Shown here in pieces: positions 52,806-64,000 of a stretch of DNA of 64,000 nt. The position numbers were made by a program, and so were the translations under genes. Under the pieces are notes generated by a model, which saw only the letters and a program-made list of their open reading frames with translations, made no database searches and was not told the origin of the DNA. Every line of letters starts with the position of its first letter. The first letter of the stretch is position 1. The DNA is from Auanema rhodensis (lineage: Eukaryota; Animalia; Nematoda): the NCBI GenBank assembly GCA_964057225.1, contig OZ059900.1, forward strand, positions 10,292,001 to 10,356,000. Reading direction: 5' to 3'.

Positions 52806-52917
52806 TTTGAAAACGCGCCAAAATGCGCAATTGGACAAACCGCATTCGCATTGGAGCGACATATATAAGTCGTCCAGCCAATAACAATCGAACGCGCCAC
52901 AGTTGTTGACATTTGAA
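52806..52917. promoter_or_regulatory. E2F / CCAAT / CHR motif cluster upstream of the NDR kinase
   Basis: TTTGAA x2, CGCGCC x2 (one as CGCGCCAAA), three CCAAT/ATTGG, TATATAA, in a GC-richer patch. Confidence 0.55.
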
Positions 52918-53284
52918 AAAAACAAATTTATGTTTTATATATATTTAGATCGCGTATATTATTATTATTTGTTTATAATATATTTATAGTTTAATTTTAT
53001 ATAACACAAACTCTAATTTTTATGAAAATATCATTATAATACGAGCGTTTAAGTATTGATTTTTCATATTGTATACAATGTATGCACAGTGATTGGTGGT
53101 GAATATGTTTCATTCTTTTTTATTTTTTCAAAGTTTTAATGTTCTATCATATGATTTCAATTATTCTTCTTCACTACATCGATTGTTTTCTTCTCGTGCC
53201 GTCCTTCCCGTCCCCAACCCCATTCGCTAACTAGTATTTTTGGTTATTCGATGCATTATATGTATGAAAAGTCTTTTAGGCTTT

Positions 53285-55314
<2,030 letters not shown>

Positions 55315-58054
55315 GTTTTCCACTATGAATTCACTTCATACTTCATCTAATTAATGAATATTTCGTTATTCGAAATTTTCAAACTTTTTTCATGCACGTC
55401 ATATAGCATTGAATCTTGCAATTCACATGCTACAAAGTTTTTAAAAATTTAGTCTGCTTGCTTTTACATTCTTATGTTTTTCCTTATTCACTCTCCGTGT
55501 CCGGCATGATTCGCTTATATTTCACTAGTCGTATACTTCTTTAATCACTTCACTGCTTAGTTAACATAATCATTATTAAAATATTCTAGCTATTATGGTT
55601 GTTAATAAGTGTATAATAATATATTATGCATATATAGTATATTAGCCTTAAACTATATATATCTATATATCTTAACTATATGTTTATTATAGCACATATT
55701 CATGTACACAGTTGTATTCTATATTGTAATTTTAATAATTTTTTGTGAAGAATAGTCATACCATATACATTCGAACATATCTATATGTAGCCTCTTTTGT
55801 TTTCTTCTACAAATCATCCATCCCACCATCTAACTCACTCTTACGTACAGGCTTTTAATTATTATTATCCTTATAGTTCACTAGATTGTCTGCTTATTAT
55901 CAGAATATTTTATATTTTTTCTCATTATTTTGATAATAAGCATTGTATGTAGTAAGCATTCCATATGTATATCAAAACGGAGGCTTTATCATTATCTCCT
56001 ATGTTATCAATTGTTTAAAGTTCAAAATAGTTAGTATTATATTCAGAGAAGATAGTTAGGATAGAAAGTAGAAATATATATTTTCATTCATTTATTTTAT
56101 TTTAATTTGTGTTCATATTTTAGTTGTTTAGATAAGTTATTAATGTTGTAATGAAGTTTTGTTTATTGATTAAATTTAAATAGAAATGTATGTATTATTT
56201 ATCAATAAACACAAAACTATTAACGCCCTGTAAAGATTGAAACACTATTTTTAAAGCGAAAAGCGTAATCAAAAATGTTTATTGTTCAGAAACAGACACT
56301 CTGTTGTCTGGAAAATAAAATATATTATTGATTAATTGAAGAAACATTCTATGAGTTTAATCTATAACAGGCTCTATATCTGAGTTCAAATGAATGTTTT
56401 CTCATTAAACAGTATATAGAAAACAACTGTTAGTCAGATTTTGCCGGAAGTTCACTCACGTGTTCCTTTGAACTTCTTGACTTATTCGTGTTATATCATA
56501 AGCTTATGTGAAACTTAAACGAATAACAACAAAAGTTCGCAAATATATTGACTGATTTGATAAATCTAAGTAGGTTTATAATCTTATATTGCACTTGAAC
56601 TTTATTTCGATGCTTCAATTCCAACTAATGTTTTTTGAACAAAATTTTATTTTCTTACGTGCAAATGTTTCTAATATTTAGTTAAAGGAGTATGAGAAGC
56701 ATAATCTTCTTTAAATTTACCTTGTCTATATAAAATATATTTAATAAATAATACTTTCTAGTTATTTATGATGTTATAATGATCATATCTGAGTTGTATA
56801 TAAAGATTATTTGCATATGTTCATGTTAGTTGCAATTCTTTAAACATTATTGTAATTAAGAAGATAATAGATGATCAACTAGGTATGATAACGTTAACTA
56901 ATTACACTTATTTATACTTTTCTCTCATCAAAGGCTATTCGTTGTTAAGTTTATCTGATAGCTTTAGAGCAACACTTGGCTAGCAGTACAACAACTGATA
57001 GTGATTAAAGATGTTTGAAGTATTTAATATACTCTCACATTTTATTCATATTTTATCAATAAAATCAACTTACAACAATTTTTAAATTTTATTTTTAAAA
57101 AATAAAAATATTAACCGATTAAGCGCCAATTATTCATTTTGAACGTAAATATTATAGAAAAATTATTGATGTTTATTCAACGATATAGATAAAAGAAATG
57201 TTCAAAATATTGGAGAAAAAAAAACATTGAATGAATTAAACTGATAATTACCAATTATATTACTCTTATCATAGCATCTTAATGCCATTATCTGATTTTT
57301 ATATTGCTGAGAAAAAGTCATGAAAAGTGTATGAAATGATATTTTCAGATATATTAACACGTAAATTCGAATATTTAAATGATTTTTAAACTTTTTGTCA
57401 TTTGTATCTCTGATCATTAGTTTGGTAATTGACATATTAACTCGAACACGTGAATATCTGATGAAGAAAGAAACAATTCATGACATATAGAATGTGACTT
57501 ATCACGTTATACACTCTTGTAAAAGTATTTAAATCATAAATAACTGAAAGGTATACGATTGCTTTGCAAATTGTTATTTTTATGTCATTTAGCTTATATA
57601 TTTTCTTTATAATTGTAATGAAAATACATATATACATACACATACACACTCACACAAACTCATTTCAGACCCATTTATCGATATTGACACATGACTTGCT
57701 GTCTTATGATTATATCTGCTTGTTTTGATCGCAACTAAGCGTCTGTTACGAAATTTTCCGCCTCATTCATTATCAATGAAAGAGCTCCGCCGTGTACATT
57801 CGTTGATTGTTCTACAACAACCCCCATCACCTCATTTCAGACTTTAATCATGTATTTTCTTGGCTAGAAAAGCATTTACAGCACTCCTAATTAATCTATA
57901 TTCACAGCCATAAATGTCTTTTCGGTTTATCTAACATATTTCATTTATAATTGTAAATGTTGAAACTAATTTAATAGAATATTTCTTTATCGTTTTTAAA
58001 AAAAAATAAAGGAATATTCGGGATATCATTCAATTATTCATTTTTTCTATTCAG

Positions 58055-58716
58055 ATGAATAATATAATTATTCTAAGCATTTTACTCGCCTTATTTGGTT
58101 TGTCTATCGGATTTCGTACACAGTCCGTTGGAGTATCCGGCCGACTTCTCTGTGGCCATTCAGCAGCCAAAGGTGTTGTTGTAAGGCTGATTGATAAAGA
58201 TCAGGGCGAGAAAGGTAGGACAAGATGCGCTTTTGTTCATGATGTATCAAACAATGACTATAAAGAGAATTAGCTTAAAATAATTGTTTTTATAGAAAGA
58301 ATTATAAGAATAAATGAAAAAAATATGATAAAAATCATTGTTTCAGGACCTGATCCAGATGATTATATGGCACAAGCAACAGCAAATGAGACAGGGTATT
58401 TTGCGGTTAAAGGATCAACATTGGAATTAAGCATAATTGATCCAGAAATCCGTATTTATCATGATTGTCAAGACCAAAATAAGGTAAAACTTATAACAAA
58501 ACATGAGTTGTGCATTTTTCTAGAAATGCCAACGTGAATGGATAATCAGGATACCTCATAAGTACATATATAATGGCGAGAATATTGACAAATATATGAA
58601 TTTAGGAGATATAAACTTGGAGGTATTGAATATTTACAATATTGATTATTACCTGTTTATTTAAATTATAGGTTGAATTGGAGAATGAGTATCGTGAATG
58701 CCCGCCAAATGAATAG
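58055..58716 (+). CDS. transthyretin-like (TTR-52 family) secreted protein, 4 exons
   Basis: Signal peptide; QSVGVSGRLLCG..V.L.D.D..DPDD..GYFAVKGS..IDPEIRIYHDC..CQRE..IP..LGDINLE. Confidence 0.93.
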
Positions 58717-58883
58717 ACTACTATTATTGTTTTTTTGCACAAATTAAAGAAAAAAATGTTTAAAATGAAATATTTAGATTCTATTTATAATATTTATATA
58801 TAACTATATGTTATAGATCATACTATATACATTCATATTTATTATCATCTATGCTAATTTCTTAATTCAAATTGTTATTTTAG

Positions 58884-59683
58884 ATGAAATTAATAGTGCC
58901 TGTTTGCATTATTCTCTTGGTGTCATGTACATACACATTAGCAAATACAGTTCAAGGCTATAAGGTATTTCAATTTGTAAAATAGGTTGAAAAATGAAGT
59001 CGTCACTTCGTAATGAGTCCAGTTGTCATTAAAAGTATTGTGAGCAGAATCAAAACTAATTGTTGCGTTGTCTTGTAGTGTACATTTTTTTTGCTTTTCA
59101 GGTCAAAGGACATTTTATGTGTGGAAGCGAGCCAGCTAGAAACGTACAAGTGAAATTGATTGAAGATGATTTTGGTAAGCAATTGATTTTATAAGTAATA
59201 TGGTTGTTTTCTTGATTATATATTTTTTTCGAAACTACATGTAAATGTGTGTTAAGGTCAGGACAGTGATGACATATTGGGAGAATGTCTGACAGATCAA
59301 AATGGCTTTTTTGAACTGAAAGGCTCAACGAAAGAGAGAACTAAGATAGACCCACAACTCAAGATCTATCACGATTGTAATGATGGTATTAAGGTATTGA
59401 ACTGCTTTTCTTACTGGTTTTCTCCTCAATTTATCTTGAAACTAAAAACCATTTGAATTCCGAGAGATTTCTATGTTACTTTTTCCTGGTTTCAGCCTTG
59501 TCAGCGTCGTTGGAAATTTGAATTGCCTCTCGAATATGTGAGCAAACGTACGTTCCATATTTGTATCATATAGCTATATTATATATATATTTTTAAGAAG
59601 ACGAAGATGGCAGAGTTATGGATATTGGTAGATGGAATTTAGAAGCATTGATGGCAGGAGAAACTCGTGATTGTTCACATTAA
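58884..59683 (+). CDS. transthyretin-like (TTR-52 family) secreted protein, 5 exons
   Basis: Signal peptide; VKGHFMCG..VKLIEDD..GFFELKGS..IDPQLKIYHDCNDGIKPCQRRWKFELP..DIGRWNLE..ETRDC. Confidence 0.93.
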
Positions 59684-62600
59684 AATAACTATTTGATAGC
59701 AAAATATTTTAAATGATTAATTTTTAATAAAAAATCATGTTTCAAACTTTTTTTTTCAATTTGCGACAAAAAAAGTTAAATTTAAATTGTGTCAAGTATG
59801 GAAAAATGATTATTCATAGTTGACATGAGAATAGATAAATTAATGTTTTGTGATAATTAAGTATTTTGCCGAACTTTTTTTTTTAAGATTTCAAACAGAC
59901 CGCTAGAGAAACATAGACCTTGACAAAAATCAGTTCAACTATTGTTTTGCATGTTCTAATTTATCAACAAAGCTACATCAAATATCTTGAAGCTTACTCG
60001 AAAAATACATATATCAAATGCCTGTTGATAAGCGTCTGAATGACTCAAATGAAGTATTCCATATGATATCAATCATATATATATGCTTCTGAACAAAATA
60101 TAATGCATAGAACATGGATAAGAAAAGGAAAAATAAAAAAAAATATATTATATTGTATATGGATTGGATAAGTGTCTTGAAGAAACCCGGTTTTGACGAC
60201 CTAATTCTCAATCGACTCTCTCTTTCTTTGCATATTCTCGCTTTCTTTTATCGGCCGCACGCATGGACGGTCAGCCAACCCCATCCAGCCAAGTGAATAT
60301 GATGATGACGACGATGACGAAGCCGTTCATGAAGCATCTGACGAAGATGATCACAACGACGACGACGACAACATCTTCAACGTATGCATCTACTGCAACT
60401 GAACGTCATCTCGTTGTTATGATCATCGTCATGCTCAAACGTTGTCTCAAATACTGCAGTGCATTGTTCTCTTTATTACTTTCTCAGAAGATTTTCACTT
60501 TCATCTTTTTGACCCGCCACCCCTCACGCTGCCCCACCCGCTCGTTTTTCTCCTGTTTCACCTTAATCTGTCCAAGTTTTGATCAATTCCCTTTCGACGA
60601 GATTTCGCTCACACAGAAATAGTTGTGCTCATTGCTAACAAGTTGTAACTAGATGGTTTAAGTGCTTCCGGTTTTTCACTTTTCCTTTTTAGATTCGAAA
60701 ACAAAATAAAAAATCCGTTTCACCTATTAGACGCCATATGTCCACTTGTCTTCATTTTTCTGTCATGTTTCGATGTTTGATCAGTGTTAACCTTTCACAT
60801 GTGTGACTAAATATGTTATGAAAATTGAAATATTCAACTTTACGTGTAATTTTGAATATAATAATTCTTTTATCTTCTCTCATCATTTTATATTTAACTA
60901 TAAAAGATATTTATAATCAGAATCAACATATTTGCTTGCTTCTTGCAAGGCATAAAAATATTTTTTTCATTACGAGTTTGCATGTCATCATTATTGCCAT
61001 TTCCTTAGATTGACTGTCAATTACATTTGTGCTATTAGCGCACTTTTGTCAAACCATATTCAAACTCATTGTGAACTTCTGAACATTATCACTTCATCAC
61101 TTATACAAATCAAGATGACGATTTTTATTATCAATAGCTTATATATCTCATTTTCAATCTCTAATCATCTATATTATTTCTCATTCTAATCAATTAATCA
61201 CGAGCATTCTTTTGAATTTTCAAACTTTTGATTTCTAATTTCTGTTTGCTCTACTAGTATTAATTAGCTTTTTAATCATTAAATATTTTGATAATCATGA
61301 TTCTAGTATGTTTATCTCATGAAACCAAAAAGATGAAGTTAAGCTCACAATTTAATTTTTACATCTTGTTTAATCGGGTTATGAAGCATTTTTTAAAGAT
61401 TTTCGTAGCCGGAAAGCTTCACTTAAGCTGAACAATGTTCAAGCTTCACAATCACAAGAATATATATCAAAAAGATCTTCCGATCTTTCATCGCTTACCC
61501 TCTTCATCTATGCATATCCATCTTGCCGATGACGTATTCTGTGTTCTGATACGCGTCGTTATGATCCTGATCATCTAAGATCCTAAAATCGAAGCGCAAA
61601 TTCATCTTCAATTTATTTTTTCATTATTGCACATGTATCTATTTCATTTTATATACCTCCATTATCATACTGTGTTATTTTGAATATATTATAGCCTTTT
61701 AAATCGTTTCTAAGACAGTAATGTTTAGAACATGTTCGTCAGATGTCCGGGTCAGACCGGTCCTTATCCCTCGAATGACCCCAATTTTGTCCTCAAGCAT
61801 CTCAGCTAATTCCTTTCACTCGTTTCCCTCTCTTTCATTTTTAATCTTTGTTCGTTTTCAATAAAATACAAAAAAAAAGAAAGAAAAAGAGGGAAAACGA
61901 AAGAGAAAACTTTAAACAATAATGAGACCTCAATATATTTTCTGATTTTTCAAATTTCTTCTAACTACTAGCCACGACTTCTCTAACTTCTCTATTGAAT
62001 GTGTGTCGTTGTATTGTTTAGTTTTTCTGATTATACAAGTATAATAGTTTCTGTTAGTTTTGTATATATATATGTATATATATACTAACTATTATCAAAC
62101 ATTTTGTGACTTTTTGATGGCATTGATTTACAATTTAACCATTTTTATGGCTAATGTTATACTGTAGTTCGTGAAAGTTGCTCATACTATTAATGTATTG
62201 TTCTTCGCTTTCTAACGTCATCAATACTAACAATACAGCAAATACCGTCATGACGACTAATATTTTCAATTCATCTCTTTATTATATTAATTGATAAGAT
62301 GATAAATCATTATTTTAAATATATTGTAATCTATATCTTTTGTGTTCAAGTTGCTCCATCATAGCCTATGATGGTTATGCAAGATTTTCGATTAAAATTT
62401 GTTGAATATTTCAATACTGATTATAATAATAAGCGATATTTCATATTCTGATAAGATATTGCAATGTTATCACTGGCACATGATGTCCTTTTCTTTTCTT
62501 TTTTACAAAAAAAGCTGATGTCATGCACTGCTTGTAGGTTTGGCCACCGAATAGCCATTTTGAATAGTGCTATCTGTGAATATAGATAAAAAAGCAAGGT

Positions 62601-64000
62601 GACAGCATTGGGAAAGTGAATGTACGAAACAGATAGGGACGACAACCGAGATGACAGAGAGAGATAACCAGCTTATATGATACATAGAGTGATAGAATGA
62701 GAAGCGAGAAACACTGCAATATAATGAATGAACTGCTTTCATGCATGTTGTTTGTTAAGAGCTTCTCTTGCTCTAAAGCAAGCATATCTAGCCACACAGT
62801 TGCCTTTGAACGATTAGAGCTGATTGAGCCTAGAGCAATTTGATAAGCCATGCTACATCAAAATCTGAAAGCACCCCTCCCCCCCCCCTTTATTCTGTAA
62901 TCGCTGATATATTACTGATATTGCTTCGGACTATTTAATAGGCATAGCAATTCATTAAGCTTCTTTAAAACAGAGACAAATGCAGCTAGCTTATTGAGTA
63001 AAAATGCCTTTATACGAAAATTAGCAGTTGTGACATATCTCATATCCTGCAATAGCAGAACAGCTTTACCTATCATATCTTCTCTCTATACCCCTCTCTC
63101 TCTCAATTTCTCTTCCTCTCCCTCTCACCTTCATATTTTCTAACACTTACAGTCACAGAGAATCCAAAGGACAAACCTCAACATTCATCACTGAAAGTGT
63201 CTCATATCAATCTTATAGCCAATTAAAAATATTTTCAAGTCATTTTGACCCAACCCAACTACATGAAACGTGTCATTATCATCATTAAAGCCGCAAAATT
63301 GTTTTATATCTTTTAATATTACCGCCAATCAAGCTTTTATTCTATACCAATTTTTCAAGCAATATGCACATGTTTCTAAAAAAAAGTATTGTTCAAATGA
63401 AATCAAACTTGTTCTATCACTTTGCTTTAATCTAATTTTCAGACCAAGATCAAAAAACTTGGTTTCAAACTTTTAATCACTTTACATACTGTGATAGTTA
63501 TAATGATATCATTACTTAATTGTCGATAAAATTAAAATATTTTTACATTTTTGAAGACAAAGTTTTTAGTTTATTATGTTAGCTCTGCTTTTTCATAAAA
63601 TCAAAATATGCTTTACATTCAAAAACTTATTTTACCTTATTTATATTTTAGATTCGTATAATTATTCATCAATAACTTTAATATGATATAATTATCTATT
63701 TTGTCATTAATATTATAAATATTCTAGTTACTCACAAATGAACGGTATACTTGTGTGTGGTAGAAATTTGAACTGGCTACCAAACAACAATGATAATCTG
63801 TGCTTTGATAATTCAAGTAAATGCGATTTTGGCTTAGAAGATGTATTCACCAACGATAAGGTATTCCATTTTACGTTCTATTTTAACTATACGTATACAC
63901 AATAATATATAGAAATTTATATTTTCTTCAATATCAAATCATAAGCATCACTTGCTTATGAAATAGATTAAGAGGTATTGATAATAAAATAACAAAAAAC

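Noticed and set aside
61732-61809. Short GC-richer ORF MFVRCPGQTGPYPSNDPNFVLKHLS
   Set aside because: Could be a uORF, but nothing in the window supports it.

Overview
AT-rich eukaryotic DNA from a nematode. This is shown by short introns with TTTCAG/TTTTAG acceptors, nematode-type 5S and U2 sequences and transthyretin-like genes; clade III is plausible but not provable. Conserved intron-rich genes flank the window: a GPI-anchored 3xIg+FN3 wrk-1-like gene, a DOMON protein, SGSM3/RUTBC3 with a degenerate GAP active site, the NDR kinase sax-1 and two ttr genes. Between them is a ~24-kb island (~25.2-49.3 kb) with no recognisable conserved protein. It contains a 14.3-kb palindrome (arms 25403-32351 and 32724-39689). 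Each arm carries a structurally intact U2 snRNA variant followed by a 22-bp hairpin enclosing an exact copy of U2 nt 38-97, an SL-RNA-like sequence head-to-head with an intact 5S rRNA gene, a tRNA-like relic, transposon-end-like modules and orphan genes. Further orphan paralogues, a 5S pseudogene and a 619-aa repeat protein follow to the right. The main orphan genes (A, E, F, G, H) appear to share one short helical motif, and two paralogues have ~1-kb near-identical upstream regions around highly diverged coding sequences. The most interesting candidate system is a self-duplicating, gene-converting module in which a fast-evolving orphan protein superfamily is linked to small-RNA genes. All gene models and alignments were made by eye, and most ORFs in the supplied track are spurious.
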